NCBI RefSeq assembly: GCF_006345805.1
Contig: NC_043000.1
Location: 78,740,001 to 78,804,000 of the forward strand
Reading direction: 5' to 3'
DNA length: 64,000 bases
DNA from: Octopus sinensis
Taxonomy: Eukaryota
In this document: positions 40,855-54,191 of the stretch, piece after piece
Layout: each line of letters begins with the position of its first letter
Numbering within the stretch: the stretch's first letter is position 1
The notes under the pieces: model-generated
Database searches by the model: none
Told to the model about the DNA's origin: nothing
What the model saw: the letters and a program-made list of their open reading frames with translations, nothing else
Translations under genes and position numbers: made by a program

Positions 40855-42121
40855 TATATATAACGGGAAGCTTTATGAAAATAAACAAAAGACGAAGGCA
40901 GGTGGAAAACAAACGAACAATTGTATTAGTATGGCGCTCAGGAAATATAAATAAAACAAGTCTTTAACGTTTCGAGCCTACGCTCTTCAACAGAAAGATA
41001 CACAGAGAGAAAAAAAACACAGAAAGAAGGAGAGAAAAAAATGCGTGCAGAGGTAAATGTTGATAGTGGTATTGGTAGAATATAGGATGAAAGTGAGACC
41101 ACGTGAGCGCATAATATATAACGGGAAGCTTTATGAAAATAAACAAAAGAGGAAGGCAGGTGGAAAACAAACGAACAATTGTATTAGTATGGCGCTCAGG
41201 AAATATAAATAAAACAAGTCTTTAACGTTTCGAGCCTACGCTCTTCAACAGAAAGATACACAGAGAGAAAAAAACACAGAAAGAAGGAGAGAAAAAAAAA
41301 TGCGTGCAGAGGTAAGTGTTGATAGTGGTATGGGTAGAATATAGGATGAAAGTGAGAGCACGTGAGCGCATAATATATAACGGGAAGCTTTATGAAAATA
41401 AACAAATGACGAAGGCAGGTGGAAAACAAACGAACAATTGTATTAGTATGGCGCTCAGGAAATATAAATAAAACAAGTCTTTAACGTTTCGAGCCTACGC
41501 TCTTCAACAGAAAGATACACAGAGAGAAAAAAAACACAGAAAGAAGGAGAGAAAAAAATGCGTGCAGAGGTAAGTGTTGATAGTGGTATTGGTAGAATAT
41601 AGGATGAAAGTGAGAGCACGTGAGCGCATAATATATAACGGGAAGCTTTATGAAAATAAACAAAAGACGAAGGCAGGTGGAAAACAAACGAACAATTGTA
41701 TTAGTATGGCGCTCAGGAAATATAAATAAAACAAGTCTTTAACGTTTCGAGCCTACACTCTTCAACAGAAAGATACACAGAGAGAAAAAAAACACAGAAA
41801 GAAGGAGAGAAAAAAAATGCGTGCAGAGGTAAATGTTGATAGTGGTATTGGTAGAATATAGGATGAAAGTGAGAGCACGTTAGCGCATAATATATAACGG
41901 GAAGCTTTATGAAAATAAACAAAAGACGAAGGCAGGTGGAAAACAAACGAACAATTGTATTAGTATGGCGCTCAGGAAATATAAATAAAACAAGTCTTTA
42001 ACGTTTCGAGCCTACGCTCTTCAACAGAAAGATACCAGAGAGAAAAAACACCGAAGAAGGAGGAGAAAAAAAATGCGTGCAGAGGTAAGTGGTTGATAGT
42101 GGTATTGGTAGAATATAGGAT
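40855..42121 (-). repeat. Tandem array of about 4.9 copies of a 258/259-bp unit, one HHR-like motif per unit (retrozyme-like)
   Basis: AACGGGAAGC at 40862, 41120, 41379, 41637 and 41896; motifs at 40961-40998, 41219-41256, 41478-41515, 41736-41773 and 41995-42032. Confidence 0.95.
40961..40998 (-). ncRNA. HHR-like motif, CUGUUGA variant (representative of the 5 array copies)
   Basis: UCUUU CUGUUGA A GAGC-guag-GCUC GAA ACGU U AAAGA; perfect 5-bp stem I. Confidence 0.6.
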
Positions 42122-42122
42122 A

Positions 42123-42226
<104 letters not shown>

Positions 42227-43567
42227 GGAAGGTTTGGAGATGATGTACAGGTATTTCATATTAGAAGAAATGAAGTACTCAGAAAATCGGATGGTTTATA
42301 TTTACAGATATTCATTTGTATATTACATTTTTTTACATCATATAACTTAGATCATGTATGAGCGCTTTGTCCCATTCTAGTGGGGTTTTCAAATCAAACT
42401 AAGTTCCTGTGTGAAGAGTTTTGACCATTTTATAGTGGTATTGAGTTTGTAGTGGTGGGGAGGAATATAAGACAATAAAAGAGGGTGATGGATGAGGAGA
42501 AGGTGAGAGAGAGCATGTGTGTATGTGTGTGTGTGCGTGCGTGTGTGTGTGTGTGTTTTTGTATTTGGAATGAGTGCTAAAGAAAAAGAGGGGAAGGGAG
42601 AGGGAAGAAGAAGAAAATAATTTTTTTGCTCTGCTGGACAGGATGCTGACTCCAAGGCGGGGTCTAAGATCTTGGGGAAAAATAATTTCAGTTTTGACCA
42701 TTTCATAGTGTTATTGAGTGTGTGGTGGCGGGGAGGTAGACCATAAATTATATTTCTTTTTATCATTGTGAGAGAGAGTGTGTGTGTTTAATGAGGGATG
42801 GTCAAATGGTTTTTTGGGTTTAGAGAAGAAGAATTCTGTTTATGATTGTTTTGTTGAGGTGTGTGTGTGTGTGTGTGGGTGTCTGTGAGTTTGGAGAAGG
42901 GAAGAGAGAGAAAAAAAAGGAAGGGGAAAAATTGTGTTGATATTTATACCACTATATATACATACATATGCATAAAATATTAGAAAAAAACACATTTTAT
43001 CAATTCAAAATGAAGAATTAAATTACACCATCTAGAAAACGTTATATCATAGAAAAGTTAAAATTAAAATGACAATTAAAAAGTAAAGATTAAGTAAATT
43101 ACAAAAATAATATAATGTATATAATAAGTAATATATAATATATATTATTATATAATATATATATATATATATATAGATATATATATATAATATATATACA
43201 AATACTAATGTAAATTGAAAGATTTGTCCTTCAATGTATGATGAGTAAAATTTCATAAAGTCCATACTTGAAAAAGAGACTCTCCTGTGTTGAGGTTACA
43301 AATGACAGAATACAAACCGACAACTACTGAGTCTGTTGTCTGATCTTCAATTGATTTAGTCTAATATCTCACAGATGAAATAGATATTAAGTTTTATCAT
43401 ACTTAATAGCAACTGGTTCCACAAATCAAAGTGAAATGGTTTCATTCAAATATTAGAATATCCTTTGTTCAATGTTGTATTTTCCAAAAATCAAAGCATG
43501 TGTAGAACTGTGTGTGTGTGTTTAATATATATGTATATATATATATTAATATGTATATATATGTATG

Positions 43568-43602
<35 letters not shown>

Positions 43603-43660
43603 TATATATGCCTGTATATATATAATATGTATACATAGATATGTATATATAGATTTATGA

Positions 43661-43697
<37 letters not shown>

Positions 43698-43719
43698 TTC
43701 CTCAAACCTGGGTTGACCG

Positions 43720-44479
43720 TTTATTTATTCATTTTATTAGATAGACATATTTTCCCGAAGCAGATTACTTTTGAATAACATTTGATTTCAATTCTAAAAT
43801 TTATTTCATTAGATATATATAGATAAAATTCCCATCCCCGATTTGCATTTTACACATATCTATACATGTATGTATATATATATGTATCGATATGTGAGTT
43901 TATCAATCTATAAACACACATTTGCACACACACTTTCTATCACCACTCTCTCTTTCCATCTCCCTCTCATTCTGACACTTTCTCTCTCACTACCTCTCTG
44001 TCCCTCCTCTGTATCAAAAAGTAAAAGCATCATCGAAAATTTACTATGGCTATTTCTCTTTGATTTAACTATCAATGTATTTATCTATCTACTTGTCAGC
44101 ACAGGTAGATAGAGAAATGCATCGACACATTATTAAATCAAAGAGAAATAACCATAGTAAATTGTCGATGCTACTTTCACTTTTCGATACAGAGGAGGGA
44201 CAGAGAGGTAGTGAGAGAGAAAGTGTCAGAATGAGAGGGAGATGGAAAGAGAGTGGTGATAGAAAGTGTGTGTGCAAATGTGTGTTTATAGATAGATAAA
44301 CTCACATATCGATACATATATATACATACATGTATAGATATGTGTAAAATGCAAATCGGGGATGGGAATTTTATCTATATATATCTAATGAAACAAATTT
44401 TAGAATTGAAATCAAATGTTATTCAAAAGTAATCTGCTTCGGGAAAATATGTCTATCTAATAAAATGAATAAATAAAAC
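43720..44479. repeat. Large near-perfect palindrome (about 360-bp arms)
   Basis: TTCCCGAAGCAGATTAC... pairs with ...GTAATCTGCTTCGGGAA; centre near 44097. Confidence 0.95.
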
Positions 44480-44899
44480 AAATTTTGAAATTGGAATAAA
44501 ATGTTACTCAAAATGTGGAGTGTTGTTTTTCTTATCGTGGGTGCCACTGACTTACACAGATGCGCGCGTCCAGAAACAAGGTGCAGTTGTCATGGTAACA
44601 AGCTGTTAATGCCTTGCTGTCTGTTTATGGGCTAAAATTACCCAAATTTTGAAATTTAGTTTCAAATAACATCAGAGTCTTAATTTACGAGATAACGTAA
44701 TTACCTGAGAATAATCAAAATTCAGAACTGCATCGATACACCAAAACTGAAAACAATCTGAGCAAAATTAAAGGGGCTGATTTTGTGAGTGAAACGTAGA
44801 AGATCCGAATTGCCTATAACAGTCCATTTTTATCAAATTGTTCTTCATGTATTGTATACATTTTATCTTTTGTGCTTATACACTGCATTTATCATGAAC

Positions 44900-46190
44900 C
44901 GGTAACAAAAACTAGAAGCTTCTCGTGCAAGAATGAGGATCTACAGACAGAGGATAAGGGAAGAGCAGAGGCAGAAAATCCTTGAGAGACGGGCAACGCT
45001 AGCAGCTAAGACGAACGTCAATAGAAGGTGAACAACGCGAAGAACACTTGCAGCAAGATAGAAAGAGACAACAAATAAGACGAGTAAGTATGAATGAGAA
45101 ACAGCATACACAATACCAGGAGCAGCAGAGACACTTATCTCAGCAAAAGAGAGAGAATATGAAAGAGGAACAGCGTGCACAGTACCAAGAGCAGTAGAAA
45201 ATCGTATTTCAGCAAAGGGTAGCGAACATCAATCAGCATGACAGGGTTATTTATCAGCAAAACCAAAGGGGAAGTTATCGAGAAAGAGTTCAAAATATGA
45301 ATGCTGGTGAATTTGACAATTTAAGGAGGCATCAGATACAGTGATAGTATGTGAAAAGACATAGGCCAGTGCTGAACAATTTAACAGAGGAGAAATGGAC
45401 ATTATATGTGAATACTGTGGTGCGCTTAGGTTAGAAATGAAAATAACAGTTGTTGCCTCAATGGAAAAGTGAACGTACCTGCACTGCAACCATATCAAGA
45501 GACACTAAAAAATTTATCTGAGGGAATTGATCAAGAGTCTGTTTCATTCCGTAGAAATATCAGAAATTACAATTGTACCTTCTCCTTTGCGTCATTTGGA
45601 GTCAAAATAGAAGCACCTCCAGAAAGGGTCCGTATTGCTTCTGCATTCAGGGCCAAACTAACCACACAATGACAAACCTGAATCCTGATAATGATCAGCT
45701 GCAATACTGCCAGTTATACATCATTGATGCGGATGAAGCTCTGCAGCACAGGATGGATGCACCTCAAAATTCTGAGTGTTCCCCTGTTACTATGAGGTAA
45801 ATAAGTGATGTTATCCACCAAATTAATCCTTATGCAGAATTGTACAAGAATATGCATGCAGTTAATTAAGGAGAGGAGAGAGCCAGAAGAGACAATGTGC
45901 CAATCTGAAGATGTGCGTTACAATACATCTGAAGAAGGGAAAAGAATCAGAGTAATTCTTTCGCCAAAGGACTCAGACTGACTCCCGATCAATGAAAAAG
46001 TTGAGACAAATTTCAGCTAATTGCCGCACCTATTAAATAGTACATGTAAAGTTCTGACTCATGGCTGAGCGCTATCCACTTGAATTTTTAAGCTGTTTGA
46101 CACCATCAGGAACGCCTCCTCATAAATTGAGTTTAAAACCTGGCTAATAGTAATGCTTCTTCGTTACATTTCTATCTAGAATGGATAGAA
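44900..46190 (+). mobile_element. Second Helitron RepHel remnant with a large internal deletion
   Basis: Colinear with about 22070-22810, then jumps at about 45905 to helicase-region sequence matching 24375-24620. Confidence 0.85.
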
Positions 46191-46347
46191 ATGCTCTTCT
46201 ACGCTCTTCTCCTGGCATTTCTTATCTCACACGATCTTCTCCACTGGACTTCCTACCTATCTACCCTTTACAGATTCTCTTTTGGACATTTACCCTCCGG
46301 CTACACCTCTCCTACATACGGATCACTGTGAAATCTACTCTACTCCG

Positions 46348-46411
<64 letters not shown>

Positions 46412-46412
46412 A

Positions 46413-46848
46413 TTATATTAAATTAGAGATAAACCACTATTAGGCAAATCAAACTGAAAAACAGAAGCAATACATAAAATTAATTTTAAAATATAAAAGT
46501 TAAAAATTTAAAAAATATTTAAATAATTTAAAGGTATAAATTATAAATATATATATATATATACAAATATAAATATATATGTATATTTTTATATTTATAT
46601 ATTATTTTATTTATTATTAATAAATAAATGAATAAATTAATAAATAAAATAATATATAAATATAAAAATATACATATATATATATATATATATTTGTATA
46701 CATATATATTTATAATTTATAAGTTTAAATTATTTAAATAATTTTTTAATTTTTAACTTTTATATTTTAAAATTAATTTTATGTATTGGCTTCTGTTTTT
46801 CACTGTTGATTTGCCTAATAGTGGTTTTATCTCTAATTTAATATAATA
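46413..46848. repeat. AT-rich palindrome (about 215-bp arms)
   Basis: AATTAGAGATAAACCACTATTAGGCAAATCAA pairs with TTGATTTGCCTAATAGTGGTTTTATCTCTAATT; the arm end also matches about 40790-40850. Confidence 0.9.
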
Positions 46849-46927
46849 TAATATATTTATACTACAAAATTGGATTTAATCCTAAATCTAATTTTTCCCT
46901 GTAAGTTTGGATTTATTCCCGAATATT

Positions 46928-46994
<67 letters not shown>

Positions 46995-47439
46995 AGTAAA
47001 TTCCGCCTATACCTGATAATCTTATTTATATCTGTCCAGCTTCATATTACGAGTGCTAAGGAGGATAACTCCTGTACTTCTTTAGTTTTTATATTTTACT
47101 TTTTAGCTTTACTTTTTTTAAACTTTTACGTGTTCTCTTTGCTTCATTCTCAACTTTCCGCGTTTCTTCACTTATTCAAATTTTAGTTGGTTGTAACATG
47201 TGGTCTCTTCCTGATGAATATGTCTGAGGTATTTCTCAAGAAATGAAACTACCAACATCACACATAAACACATATTCTGTCTATTAAATATATGTATATA
47301 TATATGTGTTTGTGTGTGTGTGTGTGTATTAAATATATGTTTATATAAGCTTAAAGCTCATGGCGATCACTGTGAAATGACTAAGGAAAATAGTCTAATA
47401 AAGGGGGATATAAGCCCACGAGAGGAAAAAAGGCTTTCC

Positions 47440-47512
47440 TCTCCGCATGGGAGTCGAAACCACATCCTTCTGTTAACGCAACTAAGTGCGTTACGTTTAC
47501 ACCAGCGAATCA
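47440..47512 (-). pseudogene. Degenerate tRNA-like sequence (tRNA pseudogene or SINE head)
   Basis: Minus strand GCTGGTGTAAACGTAACGC...GTTAACAGAAGG...GGTTTCGACTCCC; A/B-box-like but poor cloverleaf. Confidence 0.35.
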
Positions 47513-47735
47513 GTCACCTCATTTCTGTAATAGATCGTGTTTGTTTTTATGTAAACAAACTATGCTTTCGGTACGAATGTTTTTTTTTTTACTGTCGAGG
47601 ATTTACATGCCCCTTTATTAGACTGGTTATCTAATATGGTTATCGCCATAAGCTTTAAGCTTATATAAAAATACCATTATTATTATTTACTGGATTGTAA
47701 ACTCGGCGTCGTATAAAAATCCATTCGCACCGGAA

Positions 47736-47778
<43 letters not shown>

Positions 47779-47779
47779 C

Positions 47780-47810
<31 letters not shown>

Positions 47811-47814
47811 CATA

Positions 47815-47874
<60 letters not shown>

Positions 47875-48499
47875 CATATACATAAAGGTATGTATGTGTA
47901 TGTATATATGTATATTTGTGTGTATGTGTGTGTATGTATATGAATATATACACATGTATGTTTATGCACGCACCTGTATGTGTGTGTGTATGTGTATGTA
48001 TATGTATGTGAGTCGTGAATATTTTTAAATCCATGAATTGAAATGTAAACAATAAAAAGGACAATATCTCCTTGACATTGAACAAAACCTTCAGTAGTTT
48101 AACGCCGTAAGAGGGAGAATCTTAACGTTTTGGATGTTAGACCTTCATCACAAGGAAGAGGATAGCATAAGGGGAGTGCGGAAGAAGAAAGGGGAATGAT
48201 ATTTAAAAAGTGAAGAAGGAAAAAACACGTGAGGGTGGCGAAAGAGAAAACTGTTTTATAGTGAGAGCTAAGAGAGGAGATGGGAGTGTTTATTTGCAAG
48301 TTTGGGAGTGTATCAGAGAATGGGGATTGCATGCTTGAAGATTGGTGTATCTGGTTTTGTGGGTTTCGTGTATGCGTGTAGAAGTTTCAAAGAGCAAAAC
48401 CATAGGCCTAAAGGTTGTGAGGTGTTGGTATGTGAGTGACTGTGTGTGTGTGCGTGTGTGTGAGTTAATACACACAAACTACTAAAATGCGAAAGACAA

Positions 48500-48970
48500 G
48501 ATAAATCACTCAAGAGACTCCTAACAAATGCAAAACTATACTCAATAAAAATGATACCAACAGTTCAAAAATGTAGACAATCTAATTGTGGTACATGCTC
48601 ACACCTAACTGAAGGCTCGGAATTCACATTCCAGCAAGGACAAAACTTCTCAATTAAGACTAACTTCACACGTGCTTCCCAGAGTCATATATATGTCATA
48701 AACTTCTCAGGTTGTGGTTACAATTATGTGGGCCAAACGAGCCTTAATTTGAGACGCAGAGTCACGCTGCATAAAGAACAGATTCGTTTCCCTCAATACA
48801 GGCAAATAGCACTAAGCAACCATATTGACAGATGCGCAGGTAATAAAACACCGAATTTTCATATCTTCCCATTATACCAATGCAAAGATTCAATATCAGT
48901 ACAAGAACGCCTAAACAAGGAAAACCTGATCATAAAAAAGTGCAGACTACACCTCAATATACAAATTTGA
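48500..48970 (+). mobile_element. Penelope-like GIY-YIG endonuclease C-terminal fragment
   Basis: CRQSNCGTC...HIYVINFSGCGYNYVGQTSLNLRRRVTLHKEQI...LSNHIDRC...ERLNKENLII...LN. Confidence 0.85.
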
Positions 48971-49399
48971 ACATTAAAAAAAATTATACTAAGGAGCCAG
49001 TTGTTCCCTCTACCACTTGTTACTTCCCTTGTTTCACTCTCTAGACTCATTCCTACTTATTCTTCAAACATCCAAAGTGACGAAACCCCTCTGTCAAGAT
49101 AATTGATTACTGTACAATGTCCCTTGAAAAGCTAATTTAAATAGCGAAAACCGGTTGGATTTCACAACATCCATATAATATGTATATATTTATAAAAAGA
49201 TATTAAACTATATGAAACGAAGGCATTTCTCTTCCACTTTTTAGATATTCTTTCTACATATTTTCGACACATAATTTTGCCACGTGCTGTATACTGAATC
49301 TTCAGTATCTTTACACTGTGTATATATATAATATTAGGGAGTATAACTCCAAACTTACAGGCAAAAATTCAGTTTAGTATTAAATCAAATTCACAATAT

Positions 49400-51360
49400 A
49401 AATATGTAATATATATAAATGAGAGAAAAACCACTATTATATAATTCAAACAATGATAGACATAAACCATATCAAATAGAAAAATGAAATAAATTATAAA
49501 ACATATAACTAGATCACGAAAAGTACAAAAAATGAATAAACAATATACAATAAGTAAAAAGACTACGTAAGTTTCGTGGCTATAATTTCAATTCGAATTA
49601 CAATTAGATTTACATTTAATCGAAAAACAATACAATTTAAAAGTATAGTCAACCCTCAGGTCAACAATAATAACAATAATAATTAAATAAATAATCAAAT
49701 AGAATTAAACAATATTTCTTAAAGAAATAAAAACATGATTTTTCTTATTGAAGAAACTCAGTTAACTAAATTTGAAACTTAATAAGTAGGACCAGGTGTC
49801 TCTAATACATTTATCATGTTAAAAACCTAAGGTAAAAAAATAGAGTAAATAGACAGAAAATAGTATTTTATCTGTGAAGATATATTTTAGCTTTGAGAAG
49901 AATATTAACAAACTATGGTATATCTTTACCGGAAAAATATGAGTCTAATACTTAAAATAAATCATGTACTTAAGTTAAGCTAAATTACTATAATTTAATC
50001 TATATTTATTTAATCTATATTTATTAATTAAATAAATTATGTATTTTATTAATAAAATAAACATCTAATTTTATCAGAAACTAACTATGTACTAAACTCT
50101 ATAAAAACATGTATAGACTTATAATATATCATAACTTTGCAGCGACAACCCTGCAATAATATTTTGTATATATTTCAACAATATATTCACAAATAATTTA
50201 AACTTATTATGTAAGTAAATTAATTTATGTCTAGAACTAATATTTCACTCATTGATAAAATAAACAAAGTACTTATTATATTATTAAATTCAATAGTATA
50301 TAATGAAAAAAAAAACTTTTACTAACTATGCTATATTTCACAAAACAAATGCAAATAATACTTTTAGATTTTAGTTCATATATAATAATTATAATAATAA
50401 GAATAATTAAATAAAAATGCGTATCTTAAATTATATTTAACAAATAAAAAATTTGAAATACATACTTTTTAATCAATTATAATATAAACTTCACCATCAT
50501 TTCTTAAATATAATCTATGCTTATTTTTTCAAAGATATTTATGAACTAAAAATATTTTAAATTAAAACGTATAACTTAGCGTTTATATATCTAAATCTAA
50601 TATTTCGCTGATTAAGGGAATAACGAAAGTACATATTATAATTAAATTCAATACTACAAAAAAAACTTTTCACTACCTATACTATACTATAATATTTTAT
50701 GTTACAAACTGTTTCACAAAGCAACCACACTTAAAGATTTTACATCATAGTTCACATATAATAATGGTAAAAGTAAGAATAATTAAATAAATATACGTAT
50801 CTAAATTATAATTAACAAAAAACAAAAATTAAAATATAAGAAGACAATATTTTTTAAAAGTCGATAAGCGTATAAATTGTATACTTATCTTTTCGAAGAT
50901 ATTTAAAAACTGACAACGTATAACATAGCGTTCTTAAATTTACTTGTGAAAAAAGTGCATATTATTATTATTAAATTCAATAGTACAAAAAAATAATAAC
51001 TTTTCACTACCTATACTCTAATATTTTACGTTACAAACTATTTTACAAATCAATCACACTTAATACTTGATTGTTTATTTATCTATTATTGTTATTATTG
51101 TTGACCTGAGGAGTAACTATACTTTTAAATTGAATTGTTTTTCGATTAAATTTAACTTTAGTTGTAATTCGAATTGAAGTTATAACCACGAAACGTACGT
51201 AGTCTTTTTACTTATATATTATTTATTCATTTTTATACATTTTGTGATATAGTTATATGTTTATAATATATATATTTTTTCTATATGATACGGTTTATGA
51301 CTATCAATGTTTGAATTATATAATAGCGGTTTTTCTCTAATTTATATATTATACATATGT
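49400..51360. repeat. Inverted repeats (about 49400-49700 and 51065-51360) with long-stem-II HHRs, flanking an AT-rich spacer that has a degenerate internal triplication
   Basis: GACTACGTAAGTTTCGTGG (49561) pairs with CCACGAAACGTACGTAGTC (51186-51204). Confidence 0.8.
51103..51204 (+). ncRNA. Type I HHR with extended stem II; inverted copy at 49561-49662 on minus
   Basis: GAC CUGAGGA GU...AC GAA AC-guac-GU A GUC; palindromic ACGUACGU stem III; the minus copy has CUGAGGG and a UUAC loop. Confidence 0.65.
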
Positions 51361-51527
51361 ATATATATATATATATTATATATATATATATAATATATAT
51401 ATATATATATAATATATATATATATATATGTATCTAAGGAGAATTCACAAAAAAAAACAAAAGAAAAAAGACAGGTGGTGTAGACAACAAACAGATATAT
51501 TAGTATAACGCTCGGGAAGTGAAAAAG

Positions 51528-51565
51528 TCTTTAGCGTTTCGAGCCTACTCTCTTCCACAGAAAGG
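51528..51565 (-). ncRNA. HHR-like motif, CUGUGGA variant
   Basis: CCUUU CUGUGGA A GAGA-guag-GCUC GAA ACGC U AAAGA; degenerate. Confidence 0.45.
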
Positions 51566-51638
51566 AACACAGAAAGAAACAAGGTGAGAAAATAAAGAAT
51601 GTGTAGTGGCCTGCGATCTATAATGGCGATATATAATA

Positions 51639-52040
51639 GGCGCAGATGTGGCTTTGTGGTAAGTAGCTTGCTTAATAACCACATGGTTCCGGGTTCATTC
51701 CCACTGCATGGCACCTTGGGCATGCGTCTTCTACTATAGCCTCAGGCCGACCAAAGCCTTGTGAGTGGAATTTGGAGGCAGAAATTGAAAGAAGCCCGTT
51801 TTATATATGTATATATATATGTATGTGTGTGTGTATCTGTTTGTGTGTTTGTGTTTGTCCCCAACATCGCTTGACAACCAATGGTGGTGTGTTTACGCCC
51901 ACGTAACGTAGCGGTTCAGCAAAAAGACTGATAGAATAAGTACTAGGCTTACAAAGAATATGACCTGGGGTCGATTTGCTCGACTAAAGGCGACGCTCCA
52001 GCATGGCCGCAATCAAATGACTGAAATAAGTAAAAAAAAG
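51639..52040 (+). mobile_element. tRNA-derived SINE
   Basis: GGCGCAGATGTGGCTTTGTGGTAAG head, GGTTCATTCCC B box, CORE-like segment; same family as 3673-4050. Confidence 0.8.
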
Positions 52041-52059
52041 TGTAGAAGAAAAAAAATAT

Positions 52060-53598
52060 ATATATATATATAAATATACAAAACTGAGAATGTGTGTCTG
52101 TCTATGTCTGTCTGTGTGTTTCCCTAAAACTTGAGAACTACACAACCAATTTCATGCCTTACTTAGTGTCCGGGGAGTGTCATGGGCAAAGAAATGTTCA
52201 ACTTCTTGCCTAGAGCGCACCCATAGCAATATCATATCTTCTCCACTATTTCAGTATTACGTGTTAAGAGTGAAACAAAAACATCTCTCTATTTTATGTC
52301 AGATACTTTCACTTTAACAATAAAAATAATAATAACAATTGAATTATATGTAGTAAGTAATAATTAAAATCAAACTAAAGTATAATATAATAATTAAATC
52401 GTAACATAGCAATTAAAAGTAAAAGTAGCAATTGGTATAAAATTGCATCAATGATTTGAACTTGAATAAGTGGTTTCACATGAATGGGAATAAATAAAAA
52501 ATAAAATTTTAGTGCAGAAATGGAATAGTTCAGATGGAGCTGTGCACGGCTTTTACATTAGATTATTTGCTAATTAGCTAGCATTAAGTATCTATATGAA
52601 GTTTAGCTGTATGTAATGTCTGTTTTCTCGAACAGATGCTTCTAGTGAGTACTGCTGTTGGTTTATTTCTGATCCATAAAGGACTATAGCTTCAACTGAG
52701 TACTACTTTTGATTCACCGTACGGTTTTTTTGGTATTATTATTACTGTTTAACTATTATCCCGTTTGTTGGTTCCTCGTAAGGGAAGCGTTGTTGTGTTG
52801 CATTTGTTAAAAAATTGTTAACCGTAACCCTCCCCCTTTGGGAGAAGGAGCTTTGGTTATTGTTTAAAAATTGAATTGTGTCCCTGTTTGGGGGAATTGA
52901 CAATATTTTCACTGTTTACACGGAAGAATTTTTGTTAAAATGTCTTCGATAGAAGAAAGTCCAAAAATGAATTTCGCTGCAGCCGTCGGCGGGCGGCGAA
53001 CTCATAAAAATTAAAATGGAATAAATACAAACCTATTTCGGATTGATCACCGACAAAGACGGTGGATCTCGGATAACACCACCAAACGAAATAAAAAATT
53101 AAATTAAAGAAAAGACTATTGTCTATAAAGTATAAAATGTAGAGAAAAAAAAGATTTGAACACCTGGAGGAAAGCACCATCGAAATGTGTGTCTTGGTGC
53201 GACTATGAAAGATATCTAACCAGAGGCTTCTATTCGCCACAATAGAAGCAAGGTTCGAGTCAACGGTGCGTGCAAGGGAGTACTCGACTCGAACCTTGCA
53301 AAGTGGAAATATTTTATTTTTACCTTTATATCTGGGACGTGGGACGTCCCGGATAAAAATTTAAAATGTCCCCCCAGAAGTAGAGGCAGGCTGGATTGTA
53401 GCTACACTTCTATACAAGAGGGAGGACAAGATACAATTGATCGAAATTGCAAGAGACGGGCCTACAATTCCAGTCTGTTATATATTTTGAGTATTGTTAT
53501 CACTAGCGGTATCAAGATATAATTTTGTATTTTATGTGTAGATGTATATATATATAGATATACATGTAATATGTACACATATATATACACATATATAC
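52060..53598 (+). mobile_element. Second copy of the non-autonomous Helitron (3' hairpin/CTAG missing)
   Basis: Colinear with 1447-3090, including the ORF1-like cargo (ATG at 52940). Confidence 0.85.
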
Positions 53599-53618
53599 AT
53601 AACGCTAATATATATATA

Positions 53619-53747
53619 TCGCCTGAGGTGATACATATAGATCTTCTTATACAGGCAGGTAAACCTTTACGTAATTTAATTTAAACTAAACTTAACTTTA
53701 AATCCCGTATATTCGAGGATCTGTATGTATCGAAACATTTGTTGCGA
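53619..53747 (+). ncRNA. HHR-like motif with a 17-bp stem II
   Basis: UCGC CUGAGGU GAUACAUAUAGAUCUUC...GAGGAUCUGUAUGUAUC GAA AC-auuu-GU U GCGA; core differs at position 9 (U). Confidence 0.6.
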
Positions 53748-53799
53748 TTAAAAAGTTGCCTAACCGTACTTACTCTTCTTTCGACTCTGTTACGTTTTA

Positions 53800-53847
<48 letters not shown>

Positions 53848-53857
53848 CTTGTACATG

Positions 53858-54030
53858 GTGTGTTATGAGAATTTATGGAAACGTATCCCATAAAACTCAA
53901 CAAATTTGTTAAAGGAGAAGTTAATATGCTACAATTTGAAAGAATTAAAATTAATCTTCTCTTCTCCTTTTTTAACAAATTAGTTGAGATCTAAAGGATA
54001 CCTACCTCTCCATTAATTCTCATAACACAC
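53858..54030. mobile_element. Imperfect fold-back, MITE-like
   Basis: GTGTGTTATGAGAATT pairs with AATTCTCATAACACAC; inner CTCAACAAATTTGTTAAA pairs with TTTAACAAATTAGTTGAG. Confidence 0.5.
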
Positions 54031-54148
54031 TATATATAAGTACTATTTTCATATTCGCAAACTTATGCCAGTAAGCTACAAGCAGAATATGAAGAATATT
54101 TGTTAGAAATCGCTGATTTGGAACCATCCAAAGTTATCGAAACCTTTC

Positions 54149-54187
<39 letters not shown>

Positions 54188-54191
<4 letters not shown>

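Noticed and set aside
46190-46345. Possible PLE RT fragment after the Helitron remnant
   Set aside because: Only vague similarity across frames; too short to support
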